From Armatimonadota bacterium (GTDB lineage: Bacteria > Armatimonadota > SYMT01), in contig JAWLHY010000001.1 of NCBI GenBank assembly GCA_041690135.1, forward strand, positions 992,001 through 1,056,000: DNA of 64,000 nt. Reading direction: 5' to 3'. The position numbers and the translations under genes are program-made. This document shows positions 47,766 through 56,508 of the stretch, piece by piece. Position 1 is the stretch's first letter. Each line of letters starts with the position of its first letter. Under the pieces are notes generated by a model. That model made no database searches, was not told the DNA's origin, and saw only the letters and a list, made by a program, of their open reading frames with translations.

Positions 47766-50369
47766 TCAATCCACCCGCATCGCCTCCGCGGCGACCTTGT
47801 TCGCGGCCAGGCGCGCGGGGACCAGGCCGGCGATAATAGCCGTCACCACCATCAGGACCACGGTCTGGACGAAGAGCCACGGCTCCAGGGTCCAGCGGAT
47901 GCTCCAGCCGAAGAACTGCTTGTTGATGACGTAGGTCAGCAGCAGCGAGAGCGCGATGCCGCAGACGCAGCCCAGAGCGGCGCCGATCAAACCGAGCAGA
48001 CCGCTCTCGACCAGGACCATCTTCCGGACCTGGCTGCGCATCGCTCCTACGCCGCGCAGCACGCCGATCTCTCGGCCGCGCTGCAGGATCAGCGCGGTGA
48101 GCGTGCTGATGACCCCCAGCACGGCCACCAGGATGGAGATTCCCTGGAGCGCATAGGTAATCTGGAAAGTCTGGTCGAAGATCACCATCACCCGAGACCG
48201 GAGCGTCCGGTTGGGCGTGACGTAGAGCGCCGCCCGGTCGCCCACGGCCGCCACGAACCGGTTGCGCACCTGGGAGACGTCGACACCCGGCTCGACATAG
48301 ATCGCCAGGCTCTCCGTCCGGCGGTCGCGCCACAGCTTCCAGAAGAGCGGGTAGTGGACCATCACCGCGCCGGCATCGGTGCTGTAGTCGTAGTAGATCC
48401 CCTCCACCCGCATCGGCGTCTCGCCGGCGGGCGTGGGCATCCGGATCGTGTCTCCCTCTTTCACCCGGTTGCGGAACGCGAAACTCTCCGAAACGATTGC
48501 CCCCTCCCCTTCCCGGGCCCGCGCCAGGATCTCGGCGGCATCCCCGCGGAGGAACTGCAACTGGCCGTGCTCTTCCTGCACCCGGAAGTTGATCCCCGCA
48601 ACGTAAGCGAGGCGGCCATTGTGGGTGACCTGGACCGATCTCAGCGTGTCCACGGCAGCTACCCCTGGCAGGTTTTCCGCTGCTTCGACGACCTCCGGCG
48701 GCAGGGCGGTCGCCGCGCCGGAGATGGTGCGGCCCACGGCCTCCACATACAGGTCGCCACGGATCGTCTGGCTGACCCAGGTGTCCACGGTCTTGCGGAA
48801 GCTGCCCACCATGATGGAGAGGCCGATCATCATGCCCACTGAAACCATCAGGGCCGCCACAACGACGCTGGTCCGGGCCACGGCCTCACGCAGGTAGCGG
48901 GCGCCCAGCATCCCTTCGATGCCGCCCACAGCACGGGCCAGGGGGGAAAGCAGCCGCTCTCCCAGCAGCGTGGTGCCGGGGGAGAGCAGCGAAAACCCGA
49001 TCAGCAGCAGGAACGCGCTGGCAAAGCCCCCGAGGGGCTGGCGCTCGCCGACGGTCCACGCCGCGAAGCCCGCGGCGGCGGCCAGCGTGGCGAAGCCTGC
49101 AACGGTGAACTTACCGAGGGGAAGCGGCTGGGCCTCGATCAGCGTGCCCTGCCTCACCGTGAGGCTCGGTGGCGTGAGCGAGGCCTCGATGGCCGGCCCC
49201 AGCGCCGAGAGGAGCGACATCCCCATCCCCAGCAGGAACCCCAGCGCATAGACCCGCGGGTCGAGATAGACGTTCTCCGCATGGACCACCAGGTACAGCG
49301 CGCTGATGGTCCGGGACACGGCGTGCAGCGCGCCCTGGGCCATCAGCGTTCCCAATGCCAGGCCGGCAAGACTCCCCGCAAAGCCGAGGAACAGCGCCTC
49401 CAGCAGGAAGAGACGCACTACCTGTCCACGCTCCAGTCCCAGGCTTCGCAGGATTCCGATCTCCCGCCGCCGGCGCAGCACGCTCATCGACACGGCATTG
49501 AAGATCAGGAACATGGACACGAAAAGGGCGATGAACGAGAGCGCCGTCAGGTTGAGGTCGAAGGCGCGAACCATATTCTCGACCTGCTGCGTCCGCCCCT
49601 GGGGCTGCGCCACGCGGACGTGGGCCGGCAACTGCCGCTCGATCGTCGCCCGGACCTGTTCCTTCTTCTGGGGATCGACGAGCAGATCGATCCGGTCGAG
49701 CTTGCCGAAGCGCTCGAACACTTCCTGGGCTACCGCGATGTCGGTGATGACGACGTTGCCCCCCATCGCCTGCTGAAGCTCCGGCGAGTCGAGGATCTGG
49801 CGCACGTTGAGAGTGAAGAGCCGGGCACCCGCCACCACAGTTACCGGGTCGCCTTCCTTCAACGCGTAGCGGTCGGCCAGCGAGCGGGTGACGGCGATAG
49901 CACGCGGATCGGTGAGAAACCGGAGCGCGGCAAACCGCTCCTCGCGGCGCGGCGGCTCGTACCGGGCAAACGGCTCTTCCGCGAACAGGTCCAGGCCCAG
50001 CAGCAGCAGGGTCTCCGGATAGGCCGTATCCTCGGCCGTTTTGAGCGAGATGGCCGGTCCCGTGGCCCGGCCCGGCGCGGCGCGCACGTGGACCTGGACG
50101 ACCGGGGCTGCGGCCTGCACTCCCGATGTGGATCGGATCGTCGTATAGAAGCGCTCGTCGAAGCCGCCCGTGTCCGAGACCACCTGGAGGTTGGCCTTCC
50201 CCGCCACGGCATCCACCGTATCGGCGAACGAGGCCATCGCGGAGTGGTTGGCGAGGCGGATACTGACGAAGACCGCCACCCCCAGGGCCACGCCCAGTAT
50301 GGTCAGCAGGCTGCGGCCGCCCTCCTGAAACAGGTGGCGTAGGGTAATCCAACGCGAAAGCGGGCCCAT
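47766..50369 (-). CDS. AttFG-like double FtsX ABC permease
   Basis: LTILGVALGVAV, AFDLNLTALS, RRREIGILRSLG, FDQTFQIT, INKQFFGW. Confidence 0.92.
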   Translation of the reverse strand: MGPLSRWITLRHLFQEGGRSLLTILGVALGVAVFVSIRLANHSAMASFADTVDAVAGKANLQVVSDTGGFDERFYTTIRSTSGVQAAAPVVQVHVRAAPGRATGPAISLKTAEDTAYPETLLLLGLDLFAEEPFARYEPPRREERFAALRFLTDPRAIAVTRSLADRYALKEGDPVTVVAGARLFTLNVRQILDSPELQQAMGGNVVITDIAVAQEVFERFGKLDRIDLLVDPQKKEQVRATIERQLPAHVRVAQPQGRTQQVENMVRAFDLNLTALSFIALFVSMFLIFNAVSMSVLRRRREIGILRSLGLERGQVVRLFLLEALFLGFAGSLAGLALGTLMAQGALHAVSRTISALYLVVHAENVYLDPRVYALGFLLGMGMSLLSALGPAIEASLTPPSLTVRQGTLIEAQPLPLGKFTVAGFATLAAAAGFAAWTVGERQPLGGFASAFLLLIGFSLLSPGTTLLGERLLSPLARAVGGIEGMLGARYLREAVARTSVVVAALMVSVGMMIGLSIMVGSFRKTVDTWVSQTIRGDLYVEAVGRTISGAATALPPEVVEAAENLPGVAAVDTLRSVQVTHNGRLAYVAGINFRVQEEHGQLQFLRGDAAEILARAREGEGAIVSESFAFRNRVKEGDTIRMPTPAGETPMRVEGIYYDYSTDAGAVMVHYPLFWKLWRDRRTESLAIYVEPGVDVSQVRNRFVAAVGDRAALYVTPNRTLRSRVMVIFDQTFQITYALQGISILVAVLGVISTLTALILQRGREIGVLRGVGAMRSQVRKMVLVESGLLGLIGAALGCVCGIALSLLLTYVINKQFFGWSIRWTLEPWLFVQTVVLMVVTAIIAGLVPARLAANKVAAEAMRVD

Positions 50370-50372
50370 CGC

Positions 50373-51107
50373 TCAGCGGCCCTCGTCCCGCACGACCCGG
50401 CCGTCCCGCAGTTCCACCGTTCGGCGCGCGACCGCCGCGGCTTCCAGGCTGTGCGTGACCAGAACGACCGTTACCCCGTGACGATCACCCACCTTCCGCA
50501 AGAGATCCATTACCTGTTCGGCAGTGCGGGAGTCGAGGTTGCCCGTCGGTTCATCCGCCAGGATCAGCGTGGGGTTGTGAATGAGCGCCCGGGCAATGGC
50601 GGTCCGCTGCATCTCACCCCCGGAAAGCGTGTGCGGCCGCGCGTTACGGCGATGGGCCATGGATACCTCGTCCAGCAGGGCGTCGGCGCGGGCCAAGGCA
50701 TCCTTCTCCGGATCGCCCGCCAGCAGCGCCGGCAGCGCCACGTTCTCGCGGACCGAAAGCGTGGGCAGCAGGTTGAAGAACTGGTACACCATCCCGAGCT
50801 TCTCGCGCCGCATCCGGGTGAGGGCACCGTCATCGAGGCGGCTCAGCTCGCGGTCGTCGATCCAGATCTGGCCGGAGGTCGGTTGATCGATCCCGGCGAG
50901 GAGGTTCAGGAGAGTGCTCTTCCCCGATCCGCTGCGACCGAGGATCGCCACGAATTCGCCGTGCGGAATGGAAAGTGAGATTCCATCGACCGCACGCACC
51001 CGCTGCTCGCCCAGCGGAAAATCCTTCACCACCTCCACCAGGCGCACAGCGGCGGCTTCGTAAGTATTCGCAACGCGGTTCTCAGGCAGGCTTTCCAGGC
51101 TCGTCAT
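50373..51107 (-). CDS. ABC ATP-binding protein (AttE/LolD-like)
   Basis: GRSGSGKS, LSGGEMQR, LADEPTGNLD; start uncertain. Confidence 0.92.
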   Translation of the reverse strand: MTSLESLPENRVANTYEAAAVRLVEVVKDFPLGEQRVRAVDGISLSIPHGEFVAILGRSGSGKSTLLNLLAGIDQPTSGQIWIDDRELSRLDDGALTRMRREKLGMVYQFFNLLPTLSVRENVALPALLAGDPEKDALARADALLDEVSMAHRRNARPHTLSGGEMQRTAIARALIHNPTLILADEPTGNLDSRTAEQVMDLLRKVGDRHGVTVVLVTHSLEAAAVARRTVELRDGRVVRDEGR

Positions 51108-51199
51108 GGGACATTCGTTCTCAGGGATCCAGCACTTCCGGGCAAACAATTCACTCTATCCTATACGCGGCCGAAGCGGATGCAAGGCAGCAAAAAGGG

Positions 51200-51600
51200 A
51201 GTGGCACTCCTCTCTCGCGATCCGACCGGTTCGAAATCCCAGGCAACCCCCACTTTCCGTGGCAACCACCCATGACTTCGGCCTTCGACCTGGCACGGGC
51301 TGGGAGTCCCGACGCCAGTCGGGTTCCCCTTGCGACCACCGCCTCCGAACCCCGGATTGGCATCCGGACTCCCCTCTCGCACTCCGACCGGTTCGGAAGC
51401 CTGGAGCAACCCCCACGATCCGTGGCGATTACCAGGGTGTTCGCACTCGTACTCAGTGCGGAGTGGGAGTCCGGACGCCAGTCCGGTATTTCTTGCGACC
51501 ACCGTTTCCGAACCCCGGACTGGCGTCCGGACTCCCATTTCGAGCTCAGACAGGTTCCAAACCACTGGCGAACACCGCACTCAGCGGCAACCACAGGTAA
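51200..51600. repeat. About 163-bp tandem repeat (about 2.5 copies) carrying inverted REP-like pairs (BIME-like)
   Basis: GGGAGTCCGGACGCCAGTCCGG (51465-51486) / CCGGACTGGCGTCCGGACTCCC (51515-51536); imperfect copy at 51302-51373; the actcc..tcgc..ccgaccggttcg motif recurs at 51206, 51368 and 51531. Confidence 0.85.
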
Positions 51601-51631
51601 ACCGACTCCCTCCCTCGGGTGCCGTCTGAGC

Positions 51632-51673
51632 CAAAACAGGGATCCGGAGCTTGCCGCTCAAGCTCCGGATCCC
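51632..51673 (-). terminator. Intrinsic terminator of moeB
   Basis: Perfect 15-bp stem GGGATCCGGAGCTTG/CAAGCTCCGGATCCC followed by TGTTTTG on the minus strand. Confidence 0.75.
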
Positions 51674-51710
51674 CGCACAGTGAACTGCCAGTATCGCTGC
51701 AAGCGATCGT

Positions 51711-52919
51711 TTAGTACTTGGGCATGGTGGGGTCGATTTCGTCGGACCACCGGAGGGTGCCGCCGGGCAGGTTGCGGACCTTGTTGAAGCCCTTGCTGCG
51801 GAGGAACTCGGCGGCCTTGGCGCTGCGCCCGCCCGAACGGCAGTAGACCACGATCTCCTGGTCGCCGGGCAGCTCCACGTACCGCTGCGCCAGCTCCGGC
51901 AACGGGATGAGGGTCGCCCCTTCCAGCCGGGTGATCGCCCATTCTTCCGGATTGCGGACATCCAGCAGGTACGGCCGGTTGCCGTTGCCGAGCCGCTCTG
52001 ACAGTTCCTTCGGCAGGATGTCTTCTACAACCACAGTTGATTGTTCGTGACCCACCTCCCCATCGCAAAGCGCAACATAGTCCTCATCATCAATGCTGCG
52101 GATGCGCGGGTTCTCACCGCAGACCGGACATTCCGGGTCTTTGCGCAGGCGGAGTTCGCGGAACTTCATCTTGAGGGCATCGAAGAGCATCAGGCGTCCG
52201 ATCATCGGCTCGCCGATCCCGGTGATCAGCTTCACACCTTCCGTGGCCTGGATGCAGCCGATGATGCCGGGGAGCACACCCAGCACGCCGCCCTCGGCGC
52301 AACTCGGTACCATCCCTGGAGGCGGCGGTTCCGGATAAAGGCAGCGGTAGCATGGCCCGTGCTCCGCCCAGAAGACGGAGGCCTGTCCCTCGAACCGGAA
52401 GATGCTGCCGTAGCAGTTCGGCTTCCCTAGTAGCACGCAGGCGTCATTTACCAGATACCGGGTGGCGAAATTGTCCGTGCCATCGATCACGATATCGTAG
52501 TTGCGGATAATTTCGGCGGCGTTGCCTTTGTCAAACACTCCCGGATGCAGCTCGACATTGACGAACGGGTTGATATCGTTGATGCGGTCCCGCGCGGACT
52601 CCAGCTTCGGCCGGCCCACGTCCTTGGTCCCGTGGATGATCTGGCGTTGGAGGTTGCTGTAGTCGACCACGTCAAAGTCGACGAGGCCGAGCGTCCCGAC
52701 CCCCGCCGCGGCCAGGTACATGCCCAGGGGTGCTCCCAGCCCGCCGGTCCCGATCAGGAGAATGCGCGCGGCTTTGAGGCGCTTCTGCCCTTCCATCCCC
52801 ACTTCCGGCATGATCAGGTGCCGGCCGTAGCGGAGGATCTCTTCATTCGAAAACTGGACTTCCTCACTGATCTGACCCGGCTGGATCAGCGGAGAGAGGC
52901 GATTGTTCTGGGTCTCCAT
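51711..52919 (-). CDS. moeB: MoeB/MoeZ E1-like adenylyltransferase with C-terminal rhodanese
   Basis: RYGRHLIMPEVG, GTGGLG, SNLQRQ, DGTDNFATRY, CYRC, PSCAEGGVLG, CPVC, YCRSGGRS. Confidence 0.93.
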   Translation of the reverse strand: METQNNRLSPLIQPGQISEEVQFSNEEILRYGRHLIMPEVGMEGQKRLKAARILLIGTGGLGAPLGMYLAAAGVGTLGLVDFDVVDYSNLQRQIIHGTKDVGRPKLESARDRINDINPFVNVELHPGVFDKGNAAEIIRNYDIVIDGTDNFATRYLVNDACVLLGKPNCYGSIFRFEGQASVFWAEHGPCYRCLYPEPPPPGMVPSCAEGGVLGVLPGIIGCIQATEGVKLITGIGEPMIGRLMLFDALKMKFRELRLRKDPECPVCGENPRIRSIDDEDYVALCDGEVGHEQSTVVVEDILPKELSERLGNGNRPYLLDVRNPEEWAITRLEGATLIPLPELAQRYVELPGDQEIVVYCRSGGRSAKAAEFLRSKGFNKVRNLPGGTLRWSDEIDPTMPKY

Positions 52920-52948
52920 GGTCGCTCCCTGGGAAACGTGTCCCGGCG

Positions 52949-53206
52949 TTAACGTACCCGGTTCTTGAACCGGGCGGCCGGGTCTTTGACGACGTCAAGG
53001 TTGATCTGGGCGTACCGCTCGGGCGCTACCAGTTGGTACGCGGGTTGCTGGTCCGGTTCCTCGATGCGCTCCAGCACTCCCTGTGCGGCGAGTGCCTCCA
53101 GCGCGTCGCGGATCACGGACGTGGAGAAGTGGGGCAGCTTTTCTGCCAGCGAATCCACGGTGTGCGGGCCCGGGTTGGACAGGGCTTCGGTCAGTTCGCT
53201 CGACAC
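52949..53206 (-). CDS. Small winged-helix-like protein
   Basis: TVDSLAEKL...SVIRDALEALAAQGVLER wHTH-like pattern; GGAGGG RBS before the GTG. Confidence 0.6.
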   Translation of the reverse strand: MSSELTEALSNPGPHTVDSLAEKLPHFSTSVIRDALEALAAQGVLERIEEPDQQPAYQLVAPERYAQINLDVVKDPAARFKNRVR

Positions 53207-53326
53207 GACGGCATCCCTCCTCATATTCACCGCATTATATGCCCTGCCTTGAACCATAGTCTACCGGCCACGTCCGAAGACGCGTGGGACGGGGGCGAGG
53301 CGAACGTTGTGATCGTAACTATCTCA

Positions 53327-53355
53327 TTGTCCGCGCTCGGGACGAATGATAGAAT
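53327..53355 (+). promoter_or_regulatory. Sigma70-type promoter for mrp
   Basis: TTGTCC-17 bp-TAGAAT with TG extension. Confidence 0.6.
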
Positions 53356-53413
53356 GAGGCGGCTGACGTGCGGCCACGGAGTGCCGTACGTGACGGAATG
53401 CGGGTGAGACTCA

Positions 53414-54577
53414 ATGTCGGAGCAGGATTTTATTTCGGAAGAAGCCGTGCTGCGGGCGCTGCAAAGCGTGGGAGCACCACAGATTGGGGGCGACATCGTC
53501 CAGCGCGGGCTGGTGCGGGAAGTCAAGATTTGCGACGGGCATATCGCGTTCGAATTACTGCTGCCCGCGCCGATCGCCAACTTTCAGGCGGCCCTGGAAC
53601 AAGGCTGCCGCGAGGCGCTTTCCCATGTGGAGGGTGTGCGGTCGGTGAACGTGCGTACCCGCATCCTCTCTAGCGGACCGGCTCCATCCGGACCGGCGCA
53701 AGGCCCGGCGGGACCGAGCCCGGCGGCGCCCGGCCCGCAGGCGGGGAGCAACCTTCTTCCCGGCGTGCGCCACGTGATCGCGGTCGGGTCCGGTAAAGGC
53801 GGGGTGGGTAAATCCACCGTTGCTGTTAACCTGGCCACGGCCCTGGCCCTGGATGGTCACCGCGTCGGCCTGTTGGATGCCGATGTGTATGGTCCGAGCA
53901 TCCCGATGATGATGGGCCTGCGCCAGACACCGCACACCGTGGATGGGAAACTGGTCCCCCTGGAGCGGCATGGCGTGCAGTTGATGTCGCTCGGTTTCCT
54001 GATGCCGGACGACTCCGCGCACGTGATCTGGCGCGGTCCCATGGTCGGCAGCGCCGTGCGCCAGATGATCACCGACTGCCACTGGGGCGAGCTGGACTAC
54101 CTGGTCGTTGACCTCCCTCCCGGCACCGGCGATGCCCAACTGACGCTGGCGCAGACGGTTCCCCTGACCGGAGCCGTGGTCGTGATGACCAGCCAGGATG
54201 TAGCGGTCAACATCGCCAGCAAGGCCGTGGGCATGTTCCAGCGGCTGAACGTGCCGATCCTGGGTGTGGTGGGGAATATGGACTTCTTCGCCTGCCCCTC
54301 CTGCGGGACCCACACCCCTATCTTCACCCGCGGCGGAAGTGAGACCGCCTCGGAGAAGCTGGGCGTGCCGTTCCTGGGCAGCATTCCCCTGGAGCCCGCA
54401 ACAGTGGAACACGGGGACCGCGGCGTTCCCACTGTAATCGCCGCGCCGGATTCCTCTCCGGCCCAGGCGTTTCGCGAAGTCGCCCGCAACGTGGCGTCGC
54501 AGGTGAATGCCCTTGATGCGGCGCAGGCGACGACGCCGGGTCTTGGCGGCCTCTTGGGACGCTTCAAGAAGGACTGA
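53414..54577 (+). CDS. mrp: Mrp/ApbC/NBP35 Fe-S cluster carrier ATPase
   Basis: DUF59-like N-terminus; GKGGVGKS, DADVYGPS, WRGPM, DLPPGTGD, CPSC. Confidence 0.93.
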   Translation: MSEQDFISEEAVLRALQSVGAPQIGGDIVQRGLVREVKICDGHIAFELLLPAPIANFQAALEQGCREALSHVEGVRSVNVRTRILSSGPAPSGPAQGPAGPSPAAPGPQAGSNLLPGVRHVIAVGSGKGGVGKSTVAVNLATALALDGHRVGLLDADVYGPSIPMMMGLRQTPHTVDGKLVPLERHGVQLMSLGFLMPDDSAHVIWRGPMVGSAVRQMITDCHWGELDYLVVDLPPGTGDAQLTLAQTVPLTGAVVVMTSQDVAVNIASKAVGMFQRLNVPILGVVGNMDFFACPSCGTHTPIFTRGGSETASEKLGVPFLGSIPLEPATVEHGDRGVPTVIAAPDSSPAQAFREVARNVASQVNALDAAQATTPGLGGLLGRFKKD

Positions 54578-54589
54578 CTACCCCCCCTC

Positions 54590-54627
54590 GCCGACCCACG
54601 TCTCGTTAGCCCGACGTGGGTCGGCGG
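54590..54627. terminator. Stem-loop after mrp (possible terminator)
   Basis: GCCGACCCACGTC...GACGTGGGTCGGC 13-bp stem; no clear U tract. Confidence 0.45.
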
Positions 54628-54906
54628 GAACTCTACGTGGCTGTGCTGCGTCTTCCAACTGGTACAGGTTTTCGCGAGCCCTCCGGTTCCTGTATGATCT
54701 AACCGGTGTTCTATCCGGGCGAGACCTAGACTCGGCTCTTTCCGCATGTGGGTCCGCTGTGCTCATGCACAGAGCCGGACCGCCTGTGGTACAGCGTCGG
54801 CGCGTATCCGCGGCGGTCGGAACAGGAAAACCCACCCCCGGTGGCGTATCTGTTCTCCATAAAGACTCTATGAATATCGCACTTATTCTCGTACAGGAGG
54901 TCCCAG

Positions 54907-56508
54907 GTGCTGGACGGTGAAGGTCTCCATACCCCGAGTGATAGCGAGACGCTGTCGCGCATCCTCAACCGGACCGCGGCACTACTTCAGGCGCGCGGCT
55001 GCGGGGTGCTCTTGCTGGACCGTAAGAAGAATGTCCTGGCTGCGCTTCGCCCTTTTAGCGGTTTGCCCGAAGAGCGCACCAAAGCCCTAGAGTTCTCCCT
55101 GGGCGGCGGCAGTCCGATGGGGGAAGTGGTTGCCCACGATACGCCGGTCCTTCTCGACCAGCAGACCAACGGCGGCGCCGCCAGCGTGCTCAACTCTCTC
55201 GACGTCCAGAATGCCGTGTTCGTGCCGTTGGCTCTAGAGCAGCGCGATGAGAACAACCAGGTCGTCCAGCGCCGGGTGATGGGGGCGTTCTGCGCCTTCG
55301 ATAAGTTTTACGGCCGTCCCTTCGATATGGAAGATGCCCGGCTGCTGGGCATGATGGCCCGTCAGGCCTCGGCGGTCCTCGTCACCAGCCAGGTCTACTG
55401 GGCGGAAGTCGAGCGGATCAAAGAAGTCGAGTCGATCCTGGAGAGCACCTCCGTCGGCCTGCTGGCAGTATCCCCGAAGGGGACCGTCACCCAGGTTAAC
55501 GAGGCGGCCCGCATCGCCCTCGGCCTGGACAAGATGGACTACTTCGGCCGTCCGTACGACGACCTGATCACCCGCAGCGACATCTGTGAGTTGATCAGCG
55601 ACACGCTGGACGGGCGCCCACCGACGGAGCCGAAGGAGTTTCCGCTCCGCGTCAAGGAAGGCGATCCGGAAGAGGAAGACCGTATCTACCGGATCCAGAT
55701 GGACCAGATCCGTTCGGAAGACCGGCAGTCGATGGGCTGGGTGATGGTGATGGAGAATGTCACCGATATTCGCCGCGCCGAGCAGATGATGGCCGCCTTC
55801 GTGGACATGATCTCGCACGAACTCCGCACACCGCTCACGTCGATCCGCGGCTTCGTCGCCACGATGCTCCAGGCGGGCGAGGGCGTTTTTCCTTGGGAAA
55901 CACAGGAAGAGTTCCTTCAGATTGTCGACACGGAAGCCGAGCGGCTCGGAGGGATGATCGACGAGCAGTTGAACATCGCTCGTATCCAGAACGGACGCGG
56001 ACTCCAGTACAACTTCGCTCCGACGGATATCCGGCAGCTTGCCGCCCAGGTCTTCCGGCTCCAGAAGCAGAGCTCGAGTTGGCGGGGGCATGAACTGGTG
56101 GTCGATATTCCCGAGGACTTCCCGCAGTTCCAGTCGGACGAGTCCAAGCTCCTTCAGGTGTTCCACAACCTGGTGGGCAATGCGCTGAAATACTCCCCTT
56201 CCGCGGGCACGGTCACCTTTTCGGCGCGCCAGGTGGAAGGTGGGGTCCAGATCAGTGTTTCGGACCAGGGTCTCGGGATTCCGAAGGAACAGCTGCCCAA
56301 GATGTTCAGCCAGTTCTTCCGCGTGGAGACGAACCAGCACACCGCCATCAAAGGAACCGGCCTCGGGCTCTGGCTCACCAAGCACATGATCGAAGGGCAC
56401 CACGGCCGCATCTGGGTGGAGAGCGAATACGGACACGGCAGCACGTTCCACGTCTTCATCCCGACAGATCCCACGCGCGCACCCGAAGGCTCTGGCAGCG
56501 CCGAATGA
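54907..56508 (+). CDS. GAF-PAS sensor histidine kinase
   Basis: GAF-like N-terminus; PAS; SHELRTPL, NLVGNALKYS, DQGLG, GTGLGL; GGAGG RBS before the GTG. Confidence 0.92.
   Translation: MLDGEGLHTPSDSETLSRILNRTAALLQARGCGVLLLDRKKNVLAALRPFSGLPEERTKALEFSLGGGSPMGEVVAHDTPVLLDQQTNGGAASVLNSLDVQNAVFVPLALEQRDENNQVVQRRVMGAFCAFDKFYGRPFDMEDARLLGMMARQASAVLVTSQVYWAEVERIKEVESILESTSVGLLAVSPKGTVTQVNEAARIALGLDKMDYFGRPYDDLITRSDICELISDTLDGRPPTEPKEFPLRVKEGDPEEEDRIYRIQMDQIRSEDRQSMGWVMVMENVTDIRRAEQMMAAFVDMISHELRTPLTSIRGFVATMLQAGEGVFPWETQEEFLQIVDTEAERLGGMIDEQLNIARIQNGRGLQYNFAPTDIRQLAAQVFRLQKQSSSWRGHELVVDIPEDFPQFQSDESKLLQVFHNLVGNALKYSPSAGTVTFSARQVEGGVQISVSDQGLGIPKEQLPKMFSQFFRVETNQHTAIKGTGLGLWLTKHMIEGHHGRIWVESEYGHGSTFHVFIPTDPTRAPEGSGSAE

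Noticed and set aside
47668-48333. N-terminal extension of the AttH-like ORF
   Set aside because: Overlaps the permease in another frame; the signal-like segment starts near 47667.
51200-51600. Possible CRISPR array
   Set aside because: The period of about 163 bp is too long, the intervening sequences are themselves homologous, and there are no cas genes.
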